DNA from: Podarcis muralis
Lineage: Eukaryota
Assembly: GCF_964188315.1 (NCBI RefSeq)
Contig: NC_135656.1
Location: forward strand, 31,310,001-31,374,000
Direction: 5' to 3'
DNA length: 64,000 nucleotides
The notes beneath the pieces are model-generated. The model did no database searches. It saw only the letters and a program-made list of their open reading frames with translations, and was not told the DNA's origin. Each line of letters opens with the position of its first letter. Position 1 is the first letter of the stretch. A program made the translations under genes and the position numbers. Below, one piece after another: positions 1-12,700 of this stretch.

Positions 1-429
1 TGCAGATGTTAAATGAAAACTGGCCAGGGTGCAAGTCTACTTCAGCCCAAAGAGAATAGTCCCATTAAAAATGGGGGAATGCATAAAGTATGGCTGGGGA
101 GGTGCGTGAATGTTTGGGATATATAGATGCTCTCAAAACCAAACTGCAGGAGACGGATGTGACTCTTTGCTTGGACAAAGGCTGTAGCAAAGGCCTGGCA
201 TTCTGGCATTCTATTAGGCTGATGTTAAAGCATGCTAGGAGAAAGCATGCTAATTTATATGGGGGCAGGAAAAGGGTTGGCAGCCACGACTGGGCAAACA
301 AATGCCTTTTGTTGCATCGTTGCTGTACCAGCTGCCTGTGCCCCTGCATTCTGGTGAGAAGCGAGAGAGTATAAAGCTTGGGGTTTACATACAGGCAGCT
401 TACACGCCACACATTTAAAGTTCCCAATG

Positions 430-535
430 AATCCCTGGAACTAAGTTTGTTAAGGGGCCTGGGAATTGTAGTTCTGTGAGGGATGAACTACAGTTCCCAG
501 AATTCTTGGCAGGGGTGGGATGTACTTTAAATAAA
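430..535. repeat. Dispersed hairpin repeat GGGAATTGTAGTT...AACTACAGTTCCC; copies at about 9960-10160, 16255-16335 and 63395-63480
   Basis: Recurring inverted motif seen directly; family not identified. Confidence 0.6.
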
Positions 536-537
536 TA

Positions 538-797
538 CAGTGGTACCTCTAGATACGAATGGGATCCGTTCCGGAGCCCTGTTCGCATCTGGAAGCAAAC
601 ATAACTAGCAACAGCACATCTGTGCGCATGCACGTCGCTTTTCGCCGCTTCTGTGCATGCGCGCGACGTCATTTTAAGTGTCTGCGCATGCGCAAGTGGC
701 GAAATCCGGAAGTAACGCGCTCCGTTACTTCCGGGTTGCCGTGGAGCGCAACTCGAACACGCTCAACTCGAAGCGTATTCAACCCGAGGTATAACTG
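538..797. mobile_element. Tc1/mariner (Tigger/pogo-like) MITE
   Basis: TA-flanked; ends CAGTGGTACCTC ... GAGGTATAACTG. Confidence 0.8.
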
Positions 798-1570
798 TAG
801 TGTGTACAGAGGCAGAGTTCTAAGTGTTCCAACAATACCAGTCTGCATCAGACACCATTGCTGAGCTACTATCCAGGGCTAAACCTTTCTGCTTGCTCTG
901 ATAAGGAATTCAGAAGATCAGTGGTTGTTCCTAGCAAGCATGAATCTGGGGCCAAGGTTTCCTCAGGCTTGTTCTTGGAGGTAGCCAGGGCAGTAGTATG
1001 GGACGTTGTTAAGTTTCACGTTATCTTCGCAATAGGTTTCAGGTCAGCCAGTCAACTTCCTTTCTGCAGGCTTAATAATTAAAACACAGCTCCTGGACAT
1101 TTTCGCTGAAATCTCTTTCAGGGCTACTTGAAGGAGAGGAGCATAGCGTTTTGCTGTAAGACCTGCCTCCATCAGTACTCCTAATACAATTCCCACTTTA
1201 GCCAAAAGAGAGAAGTTGATGAATAATGTTAAGCAAGGTCAAAAGAAAGGCCCAAGGGTGGTTCAGGGAGCTGTAAATGTGAGGGAAGCTTGGAAGCTCT
1301 GGGTGGAGGCATGGTAAGATGGTTCTGGCCTATGGAAGGCCAAAATGAAAAGAAGACAGAACAACTTTTGCCACATAGAAAAAGCCTAAAAGAGCCCAAA
1401 ATGTCAACAGAGTGAGGAGAAATAAGTGGGGTCAGCATATAATTAGGAATGCTCTAGAATAAATTCAGTTTTTAAGGAAGGCTTCCTGACTGTGAGATGA
1501 GTCACTAACAAACGTTCCCATGGGAGTGTTGCATTCCCATAATAAATATATCTCACAGATGGTCTGAGGA

Positions 1571-1642
1571 GGGGCCATAGCCCAGTGGTAGAACGTCTGC
1601 CTTGCATGCAGAAAGTCCCAGGTTCAGTCCCCAGCATCTCCA
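1571..1642 (+). mobile_element. tRNA-Ala-derived SINE head
   Basis: GGGGCCATAGCCCAGTGGTAGA...TTGCATG...GGTTCAGTCCCCAGCATCTCCA; acceptor stem mismatched. A related decayed copy lies at about 3670-3745. Confidence 0.7.
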
Positions 1643-2299
1643 AACGAGGTTGGGCAACCTGTAGCTGGCACCTACCATCATGGTCTCTGATTGGGGATCA
1701 TAGTAGTTGTGGTCTAGCTCTGAGGGCACCTCTGGTCTGAACTCCAGCTCCCATCATCCCTGCCCATATTTCATGCTGGCTGAGGCTGATGAAAGATAAA
1801 AGTTCAACAACGTCTGGAGGGCCACAAGTTCCCTTGCCCTTACTTAGAACAACGGGGTTACGGTTTCAAGAAGTAAGGGCACTACACTGTTGTTGTTTTT
1901 CTTCTGCAGTATTGATGTAGCCTTGTGAAATAACGGGTGTCCCTTGCACCAGGCTCTAAAATTTGAGACCTCCTTCAAAGCAAAAAATATGTTGCAACTC
2001 CTCCTGAACCAAGCGACACAGGATGAACCAAGTGATTTCCTGGCTATGGACGTCAGAACTATGGGCAACCATGCTCAGCTTTTATCTTGTGTGTAAAACA
2101 CACTTCAGGCATCCAGTCATTTATTTTCTTCATTCTCCCATGTGCCCTAAAAGCTTCAGACTTTTCCTGGAACCTGAAGCAGGAGTTCCTGGTGTTTCCT
2201 GTCAGGCAGGAAGCACCAGCTGCTTTGTTTGCTGTAGTTCTCAGTTCACTGAAGCAAGTGAGGCGTTTTGTGAGGGAACTATTTAATCCATGGGTAGTT

Positions 2300-2613
2300 T
2301 AATCCAAACTAAGGCCCAGGGGCTGGATCTGGCCCAGTCGCCTTCTAAATCCGGCCCACGGACAGTCCAGGAATCACCGTGTTTTTACATAAGTAGAATG
2401 TGTCCTTTTATTTAAAACGCATCTCTGGGTTATTTGTGGGGCCTGCCTGGTGTTTTTAAATGAGTAGAATCTGTGCTTTTATTTAAAATGCATCTCTGGG
2501 TTATTTGTGGGGCATAGGAATTTGTTCATATTTTTTTTCAAAATATAGCCCAGCCTCCCACAAGCTCTGAGGGACAGTGGACCGGCCCCCTGCTGAAAAA
2601 GTTTGCTGACCCC
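2300..2613. mobile_element. hAT-type MITE (left end eroded) with an internal tandem duplication of about 70 bp
   Basis: Ends in AAAGTTTGCTGACCCCT. The block GTAGAAT...ATTTAAAA...CATCTCTGGGTTATTTGTGGGGC occurs twice. Confidence 0.65.
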
Positions 2614-3455
2614 TAAATTCCGAGTGATGATGAGGGACTTCTATTCCTCTCCACCCTTAAGAATGTCAGGGTCAGGCTCTCCTTATCCCTTGGAAGCCAA
2701 GCAGCCCTTGTGCACTGAACTGCAAAGAAAAACCCTTATCTCCCTGGCAACATGTGGCGACAGCTGGTGTAGTCTGATGAAGGCCGAGGCAGTCAAAATA
2801 AACTTGAGTGAGTTTGTCTGCTCCCAGAGCAGCGCGGGCGGATCTATGAGAAGCACCTGCATGTGGGTGGGTTCATGAGAAGCGCTGCCCTGCCCTTTCA
2901 GTCAAGAGAATGGAGAAAGCCACTCTTTTTCGCCCCTGAGCGGGTGGAGTTCTGACTGTCCTGGAATCTGCTGCTCTCTGTGTGTGTTATCTCAGTGGTG
3001 AAATGCAGAGCAAGGTCACTGCACCAGAATTGCAGCCTTTGTCTCGACCTCCGTTTCCTTCCTCTTCGCAGTGTTTTGCTCCTAGCTGACTGGGCTGCTG
3101 TGGCGGTAGACATTTGCCTTCTGTTTCAAAGAGTCTTGCAGCGGGAGTTGAAGGTAGCTTTGCGTTCCTGGTCTTGTGGTCCTCCTTGTAGCACAGAGGC
3201 AGCTCATAACTCCAGACCTAGCTTTGCTGTCTGTGGGAGTCAACAGGATTAAGCCAGATCAGTCGTACTAACCTCAAAAGTCTTGTGATCTCATGTGTAG
3301 CAGCGCTGAGCCCCAAAGTGGGGCCACCTCAGCAGAAGCAACTCATCGGTGACAGGATCCTTCTCTAACTTGCATTTAGAAATGCCCTTGGACCGAGCCA
3401 TGAAGAGGCAAGCAAACCAGTAGGCAAGCGATTGGTGCTGTTGAGGGAGGACAAG

Positions 3456-6400
3456 ATGTCTCACACGGTGGCCTTCACCTTTCCTGCCACCGAGAATAGG
3501 GAGGCTGCCAGGTGAGTGACAGTATTTTAAATGATATAAATTAATGTAAATACACTTGGGCCTCATGGTGTTGGGGGTATTGAAATTGCCAATATGGGGT
3601 TTTGCTTTGTTTTGTTGCCCTAAATTGTCTTCATCCTGAAATTTGGTATCTGTGTAATGCTTTAGAGAAGGGATTACATAACTCAATAGGTAGAGGACCT
3701 GCTTTGCATGCAGAAGGTCCCATGTTCAATCCCCAGCATCTTCAGGTAGGGCTGGGAGGGTCCCAGACAAAACAGATCTAGATGGACAGGTGGTTTGGTG
3801 ACTTTAGTCAGTATAAGGCAACTTCCTGTGTTCCTGTTCCAAGGCATCCTAGTCACTCATGCCTTATTTCCCTTCAAATGGAAGACTCAAAAGATATTTC
3901 CAGAAATCTAGAAGCACTAACCTGGCAACGGGGAAAGTCTGAAAGAGGACATGATTGTTCTCTCTTGTGCGCAAAACAGAACCCAGCTGGTTACACCACT
4001 TCCTTGGTAACTAGGAAGTTGAAATGTGGTACCCTGATAACCACAGAAGTCCGGAGGGGGGGCTTCCAAGGTTCTCCCTAGAAGCAGGGGCCAAATAAAT
4101 GTACCACGAGGATACTTCCAGGCCCCCCAGAAAGCTGAACTTTGGCATGCACAAAGTCCTGGACATCCCAACTATTAGAAATACCTGGAAATTGGACATT
4201 TTTGTTTAAAAGATGGGGCCTGAGGGATTTACTTCATTGTAGAGGATAGAGTCCAGCGCACAGTGAAGCAGACCACACGTGATGGAATATTGAGAAGTTA
4301 TTCAGATTCATCTCTCTCTCTGTGTGTGTGTATATATATGGGGAAGCACCTCCAGCAGCATCTATGTTTGCAGAATGCAAGCTTTCTTTAATGGCATTAG
4401 AAAATATTTACTGGGACAGGCAGGTGGTCTATTTTAGTCCTTGGCTCCAAAATTTATGCAGCTGTGCACAAGTTGGGAGAAGCCTGCAGCCAACTGCACA
4501 GAGCAATAATAGATTATTCCACCACATATGTAATTGCATTCATCCCCAGCATGTTTCAAAACAACAGGAGGATGCTGATCACCCTACCTAAACTTTTAAA
4601 ATGTTGCTTTCCTTTCATAAAAATTGTCTGAAAGATATTCTACTTCCCATGGCTGAACCATGTGGCAATGAGTTCCACAGTTCCTTGCAGTACAAACGGC
4701 AAAGCTTTGAACTGGGAAACTAGAGGTACAGGATTTATGCACCTATGGGTTCTGCAAGAAGAGGGAAATGGTGCACATAGGTTTCATTAATCTTGCCTCT
4801 GAACTAAGGCACTTCTCAAAATCCTTTTCATTAGGTAGAGTGAGGCAGCCTCCTCGGGTGACAGGTGCTGGGGGCAGCAGCAGCCCCCTGCTCCTCTTGA
4901 GCTTCCCCTCCCCTAGCCATTCCTCACTGTTATCATAGGCCCTCTCTTAGGTCTGTTGTCTTAGGTGTGGTGAAGGACATGCGTGCTGCATTCGAAAACT
5001 GGTTAAGAACAGTTTCAGGTTAAGAACAGACCTCCAGAACGAATTAAGTTCTTAACCTGCGGTACCACTGTTTATATGAATGAATGAATTTATTAATACG
5101 GTCACAGACCAGCTTCAACACACACAATATCACAGATAATAAAAAATATCAGAAATACAAGGGACAATATGACAATAACAAGGATTTAAATATAAAAATT
5201 AAAATTAATTGTTAGTGTGCCCCCTGTAATTAACATTTAGGGGATTGGACATTATGGGATACCACTTGCTCGCCACCACTGCTTATACATCTGACTCCTA
5301 GCATTATCCTACACATGGATCCAGTTGGGAGTTAGGATGCTGTCTTCTTAGGCAATGCACCAGCTTAATGCTTTAGTTGAAATTCCTGCATTGCAAGGGG
5401 GTGGACTAGATGGCCCTCGGGATCCCTTCCAACTCTACCATTCGATGATTCTATGAATAATTCTGGATCCTGGTTCTCTGTTCCCCCACAGCCAGGACAT
5501 AAGTCCTTACGATGAAGGTGCTGTGCACGATTCCTTCCACCAGCTCATTGAGGAGCAGAGCTGGCTGGCTGAACAGGAGGAGGTGGAGATGCAGAATCTG
5601 GCTCCCAGGGGCAGAGGTGAGACAATGTGACTCAGTGTTGAGAACTGCTGGGTGGATATCATCCCTCTGATTGCTGCAGGGAAATAGCTGTGATGGAGTG
5701 TGATTTGTGTGGTGAAAGTAATTTTTCTTGATTCTGCTTTTCCTCAGAGGCCAATGTGGTTGTAGAGCAGGAGAAAAACCTGGGGAAGTTTTTTGTTGTA
5801 GCTTCCAAGTTCTCACTCAGAAAGTCAGGGTTGACAGATGTTGCTAAATGCACAGCGTCCTAATTTCAGAACATTTTAGCCTCCACTAAAATGCAGGTGT
5901 GCTAAAGCTAATCAGAATTGTTTTATTTGTGAGAAGCTGATTTTGCAATCCATATGTAGTGAAAGTAGAATGAGAACAAACTGTTATATTTTCACGTCTT
6001 TTTTTTAATTCCATTTTCAGCCAGTTCTTTCTTCTACAACAACCCTGCAAAGTAGGTTAGGCTAAGACATGGTGACAGTGACCTTAATGACTGAGTGGGT
6101 ATTTGAACCTTGGTGTCCCTAGCCCTAGCCTGGGCCTCTTAACAACTGCACCACACTGGCTTGCAGAAGCCGGTGAATTTTACCCAAAGCAAAATTCAGT
6201 TACTTTGGCAAATACAGTAGAAACAGCTCTGTCTGTTCTTTGGATAATACTGTATAATATTCTTTCCAAGGGAGACTATACAGCTAACATTGCTACAGCA
6301 CTCAAAGACAAGAGCATTGCTACCATGACAAAGACCTTCAAATGGTCTGAGGTGTACCGTAGATTGCGGCATATTAGGCAACTGGGAGTATTAGACAACC

Positions 6401-7251
6401 CAAAAAAATGGCAGCTGCAATTTGGGGGTTCGTCTTCTAAGCCCAGTCGCCTAATACGCTGGGCAGCTCCACGCTGGGAGAAAGCCGCGCAGAGTGGAGC
6501 ACGCCACCCCTGCTGCAGCAGCCGGGGGGGGGGGCGGGCTCCGCTCTGCACCGCTCCGCCAATACCCGGCACATAAGACAACCCCCGACTTTTTAACCTC
6601 TTTTCCGGGGTTAAAAAGTCGTCTTATACGCCGGAATCTACGGTATATCGAAAGTGCCCCTATGTAAGTTATATACTATTGGTTTTGTTCTGTTTACTCA
6701 GAAACTTTAGATGTCTCCAAGACATAGTGATAAGAGAATTTTGGAATTGTGTGCTTTAAGAACTTCCACATATTTCAGCTGTTTTGTTTTCTTGTTTATT
6801 TGCAAAATGATTTATATAAAACACCAGTTGTAATTGTGACAGTAATTATTGTATTTTAAGTAACTTGATGTGCTAGATGAGTGAACCAAATTACTGGATA
6901 CTGAAGAATGAAATACAAATAGCAAATGAACTTGCAGATTAAGAGACAGATTTGGCAGTGAACTTGTGAGATTCTCAGATGTGATTAAAGTTGAGATGTT
7001 TTTGGGTTGTTGTTGTTTTGCTTTTTTGTTGTGCTGAATATTAATTTCACTCTTCATGTGTTTTCGGAAGCCTCTGGCAAGAAACACTGGGGGAGATTTC
7101 CCAGGGGTATAGACGACTCAGCCTAGATGACAAAATGTGCCATTTAATTTAATTTAGTTTATAATAATCTCCCAAGGGCTCCTTGAAGCTTCCTTTGTTA
7201 ACAGCATTGAAGCTGTGGAGAACTCAAAAGGTGTAGAAACCAAAGAACCTA

Positions 7252-7290
<39 letters not shown>

Positions 7291-9673
7291 CAATGCAAGG
7301 ATGGGTTTCCACAACAATGCAATGTCTCAGACCATCAGGAAGGCAGCATAATTGCTGTACCATGCATACAAGTTTCACCTATCTGTGAATAAGTACATTC
7401 TATTAGCGCACCTAATTTTTGCCATCTCTGGCAAGTGGTTGGGGCCTTCAGGGGAGAGAAGAAGGAAGTTCCATTGTGCAAATGGAAGTCTGTTGCATTA
7501 GCAGAACTGGAGTGTTGCAATACTCACAGAAAATGCTATTGTTCATTAAAGATTTTCATATTTAATGCTGGACCAGATGGGTCGTATGCCTGATTCAACG
7601 TTTTTTCTTAAGTTTGCTGTGGAACGAAAGGTTGGTCCTGAGTTGAGGTTGGGGAGAGAAGGCACAATAAGTTCAAAAGTGGTAGCAAAGTATTTAAAAG
7701 TTCGAGAAGCACTGCTTTTATTTAAAACGAGGGAGCATGCACGGAACTGGAAATGAAAAGTAGGTAAGGAGGATCCCTGCTCCAATGGGGCAACACCCCT
7801 TCCACCTCCTTACCCAAGACTATGCAGTAAAAATCATTTTGTTCCTCCCTTCCCTCCAGAGAATCTGGCTTACACGGTTTCTCCTCCCCGCCGGACTGAG
7901 GCTTGGGAGGCACCAGGACAGATGGCAGAACATCTGGACTTCTCCTCAGCCACTCTGCGCATCCTGGCCAGCATGCCCAGCCGAACTATTGGTGAGTTGG
8001 AGCAAGCCTGCAAGGAAGTGCCTTTGCAAGAGGCAGGGTCTCTGAGTTAAGAGTTTTCAGCATGGGGCACAAACAATAGGGACTGAAAGTTCTCCATGGT
8101 ATCAGACCAGGAGCCTTCCTCTCATCTTCTTTCCCATCCTCTTGCAGGCCGCAGCAGAGGAGCTGTCATCTCCCAGTATTGTAACCGCACTGCCCGGCTG
8201 CGCCGGAAGAGCACCCGCGCCCCTCTTCAAGAAGTGTCCCGCTCCGCGCGGCCCAGCATCCGGCAGCTTGATCTAGACCTGGATTCCGGCCACGAGGAAG
8301 AGGATAGTAAGTCCTCTATGGAAAGATGCACACTCTGGCAAGAAATTGGAAGGGGCCGTGTACTCATTGTGCAGCTGTCTGAGTGATGAGCATTTTAGGG
8401 AAATAATAATAATAATATTTTATTTATTTATTTATACATACATACATACCCCACCCATCTGGCTGGGCTTCCCCAGCCACTCTGGGTGGCTTCCAACAAA
8501 ATATTAAAGTATAGTAATCCATTAAACATTAAAAGCTTCCAATAATAATAATTTATGGTCGCTGTTCTGTGCATATGGTTCATCCTTCCAAATATTTGCA
8601 TCATTAGAACAATTGGACTTTTTCACCAGAGCAGGTGGGGCAGAATACCTTTCCAGGCCAATGACTGCTCAGAAGACCAACTACCGTAGCCCTTCAAGGT
8701 GGCATTATCATTTATGGCCCTGTCTCAAGAAAAGGCACAGGGTCAGCCTTGCCAGGAAGGGCCATGCAACAAATACTTTTCCAGAGCTGCAGAATCCAGT
8801 GTGTGGTTTATTTCTTGTTTTCTGTATGACTTGTTTTTTTTTAATACCCAGTTCAAAATGTGTAAGGAAGGGGAGCCAAGGAGGTCCTTTTTTTCTTTTT
8901 GACATTTTCTCTCTTTTGCCAAAATGCCTGCCATTGGAAATGCAGCTGGGTTTACCTCCTCCAGCAGTGGCCTTTAAACACCCTGTATACTTCCCTCCCT
9001 AGACAAACGCAGCCTGCTGGTGAAAGAACTCCGGAGCCTGCCAGCCAGCCAGCGCATCAGCATGCTGAGAACAATGCCTTTAAGCCTGGGCGAGAAGTGC
9101 AAGCTGAGGTCAGTGCCTTTAAGCCATTTCAGCACTACTAAAATGGGCAGGAATGAGATTCAGTGGCGCCTGCCCTGTAGAATGCCCCCCCCCACCAGAT
9201 GTCAAGGAAATAAACAACTACCTGACTTTTAGAAGACATCTGAACACAGCTCTCTTTAGGGAAGTTTTTAATGTTTGATCTTTTATTGTGTTTTTAATAT
9301 TCTGTTGGAAGCTACCCAGAGTGGCTGGGGAGGCCCAGCCAGATGGGCAGAGTATAAGTAATAAATTATTATTATTATTTATTATTAATGCAATCAAGGG
9401 AGCAGTTGGTGAGTGTGCTGAACGACATGAGGAGCTCGTACTTCACATCTAAAAAGCAGCTTTTTGCAATGATTCTATAAAAATCCTTCTGTCTGTTCCT
9501 TTGTAGGCAGGAATCAAGTGGGTACTCTGGCACCTTGATGAAACCCAAGACAAGAGCTCCTTTGTCACATTGCAGCCGGCTTAAATACCACATCATCATA
9601 GTAAGTCATGAACTTCACCTGCCCTGCATAGTCCTGGGCCACATCTGTGCCATACCTTTAAAACACTTTAATA

Positions 9674-9707
<34 letters not shown>

Positions 9708-12700
9708 AATAAAACAGCATAGCACCAGCCCTTTCCTTGAACACAGTTCCCCAAAGCTTGTTGCAATAAGAAAGACTTCACCTTCAGGCAGAAGGACAAC
9801 AAGGAGGGAGCAGGTCTAGCTTCTCTAGGGAGAGAGTGCCAAAGTCTGGGAGAAGGCTTTCTCCTGCGTCCCTTCCAAGTGTGCCTGTGAGGATGGCGGG
9901 ACTGAGAGAAAGGCCTCCCCTGAATATCTCAGAACCCAAGCAGCGGTTCATGGCTTCCTGCAAAGAATCCTGGGAACTGTAGTTTGTTAAGGGTGCTGAC
10001 TGGTATTAGGACACCTCAGTTCCCCTCACAGAGCCACAGTAGTGGTTTAACAATCAATCCCTCTTCTTGGTGAACCCTGGGAATTGCATCTCTATGAAGC
10101 ATATAGGGGTCTCCTAGCAACCTGCAGCACCCTTAACAAACTACAGTTCCCAGGATTTGTTTGGAGGAAGCTGTGACTATTAAAGTGGTATACTACTGAT
10201 TTAAATGTATGCTTTAGAAGTAGGCCTGGAAAGGTCAGCCTGCTTTGGCACCACCAGCTGCCCCCAGAAAGAGAGAAGAATCTCTGCTTCTACCCATTGA
10301 AGGTGCTGCTAAATGAGGGCATAACTTTACCAAACCCTTTCTAGATACAAGGTTGCCTAATTGAGACAAATTCTTTTCATACAACTAATGAAATCCCTCA
10401 TTTGTCCATACAACAGCTTCCCAAGCACTTCATTAGTACAGTGGTACCTCGGGTTAAGTGAGATGGGCGCACAACCCCAGAGTCTGGCAAGACTGGCCCG
10501 TACGGGCAGGGGTACCTTTACCTTTTACCTTACCTCGGGTTACATATGCTTCAGGTTACATACGCTTCAGGTTACAGACTCTGCTAACCCAGAAATATTA
10601 CCTCGGGTTAAAAACTTTGCTTCAGGATGAGAACAGGTACCACTGTATATCTATATTGTGAGGAGAAAAACAGACTCAGAGGCCTCTCTGAGAAGAAGTG
10701 TGGCTTCCAGAATCTTCCTTGCATAGCTGTGGAAATATCCATCAGAATCCTTCTAAGAAATCCACAGGGTATTTAAGGATTTGAGTCGGCCCAACATTTG
10801 CCAGTTACGGAGTTTATGTTAATGCCATCAAGGCATTAAAATGTTTTAGGAGCCTCTTTCTAAGTTTCTTCTAGTGCCGTTAGAATGTTGTACTCAAGGC
10901 CTGGCTTCAAATTCCCACTCAGACATGAAGCTCTCTTGGTGACTTTGGGCCAGTAGCTTGACCTACCTCACAGGATTGTTGCGGGAATTATATTTTTTTT
11001 TTCGGGGGGGGGGGGGGGAGAATCATGTACATTATCTTGACCTCCTTCAAGGAAAGGTGGGATAGAAATGAAGTAAATAGATAATGGAAGACTTATGTCA
11101 GCTTTCTCTTCAACACAAGTTCATTTTTGGCTCTGCTCGCATTTTGAGAAGGCACCATGTTAGGTTCCAAGCTGGGCTGGGAGAGGAGGCACTTAATATT
11201 CTTATGACATTCTTACTGTGCCACATGCAAAGCAAATATTTGCTCATTTTGTGCCGCACCCCAGTGAGCTAGAACATTGTAATTCACACTTCAGAGATTG
11301 TGGCCCAGTGGTTTGCTCAAAACAGGCGGTGACTGCATGTTTCACATAATGTAGTGGCTCCCAAACTTCTCCCCCCCGACAGACCACTTGAAAATGGCTG
11401 AGGGTCTTGGTGGGACCACTTAATGGATTTTCTGCCTGTTGTGGCAGCTGCAGTTCCATAGAATTCAAAGGGTGATACGATAAAACACAATATAAGAAAT
11501 AAGCGATGGAAATACAGTTAAAAATTAATACGGATATCCAATGTGATTGATGTGGCGCATCTCCCATCTTCAACTACAAATTCACAGGTGCTCAGCAGAC
11601 CCCCTGAATGAAAGTAGCAGACCACAGTTTGGGAACACAATGACACAATGGATTGCAGTGGTTTTACTTATCCTGCCAAGGCCAACGAGAAGGAGTCCAG
11701 CAGGGTTGGTTGGATGCTTAGTCCAATGGAGCTCAGGTGCTTGGGGCTCAACTAAATAGTTGCACTAATGCAAGGGGATTTCCTCCCTCTCCTTGTCCTT
11801 TTGCACATGACCTGGACCCTCACCAGTACATGGAACGATCTGCTTAACTCTGTGTTGGTGAAACACACCTGTAGGACCCCAACCAATGGCTTGCTGAAAG
11901 CTACCATCTCTTCAGCTGAAGGGCTTCTCTGATCAAAGGCTGCTTTCTCTGCAGGGGTTCCGGAATCTCTGGTACAGCCTTCTGTCCCTCCGTCACACCC
12001 TCCAGCCCTGGCATTATTCCCTCAAGCAGATCAGCGGTCGCTTTGGGTCCAGCATCCTCTCCTACTTCCTGTTCCTCAAGACTTTGCTCATGTTCAATCT
12101 CTTCTTGTTCCTGCTCCTGCTGGTCTTTGTGGTTGCCGTGCAGGCTGCTTACCCTCCTACCACACCCAATAGCAAAGCCTTCACGGGGCTTGAGCCCCTC
12201 ACTGGAGCGGTAAGTATTTGTCGAATACATCTTGGGCAAAGGTAAAGCGCTTGAAGGACTGGAAACCATTTCTCTCTTCTCCTTGCAGGGCTACTTCAAT
12301 CACACATTGATGTATTATGGCTACTACAGTAACTTCACACTGAATGACCCCTGCGCATTCAGCCCTAACAGCAGCACAACTTGCAGGCAGGGCAGGCCTG
12401 TCCATCTGCCATACAATATGCCACTGGCTTATGTGTTAGCCACTGGCGTCTCCTTCTTTGTGACCTGCCTTCTGCTGGTGTACAGGTGAGATGATACGGG
12501 TTTCAGGAATTTTCTTTGCTTTTTCTCTCACACAGGACCTGTCCTCAACATTTTCATTTTGTTTTTCCTTCTTGGTTGCATTTAGAAAATGTCTAGGTAT
12601 CTTCCATATTCTGCATCGTTTCTGATTTTTTACAGTTCCCTGAAAATAATAATAATTTTATTATTTATACGTCACCCGTCTGGCTGGGTTTCCCCAGCCA

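Noticed and set aside
90-374. Cys-rich 94-aa ORF with a GTGAGA donor
   Set aside because: No ATG start, no recognisable homology, and no partner exons.
1571-1642. tRNA-Ala(TGC) gene
   Set aside because: Acceptor stem mismatches and a degenerate B box; consistent with a SINE head.
6103-6576. 157-aa ORF
   Set aside because: Runs across a SINE remnant, unique DNA and a MITE; non-ATG start.
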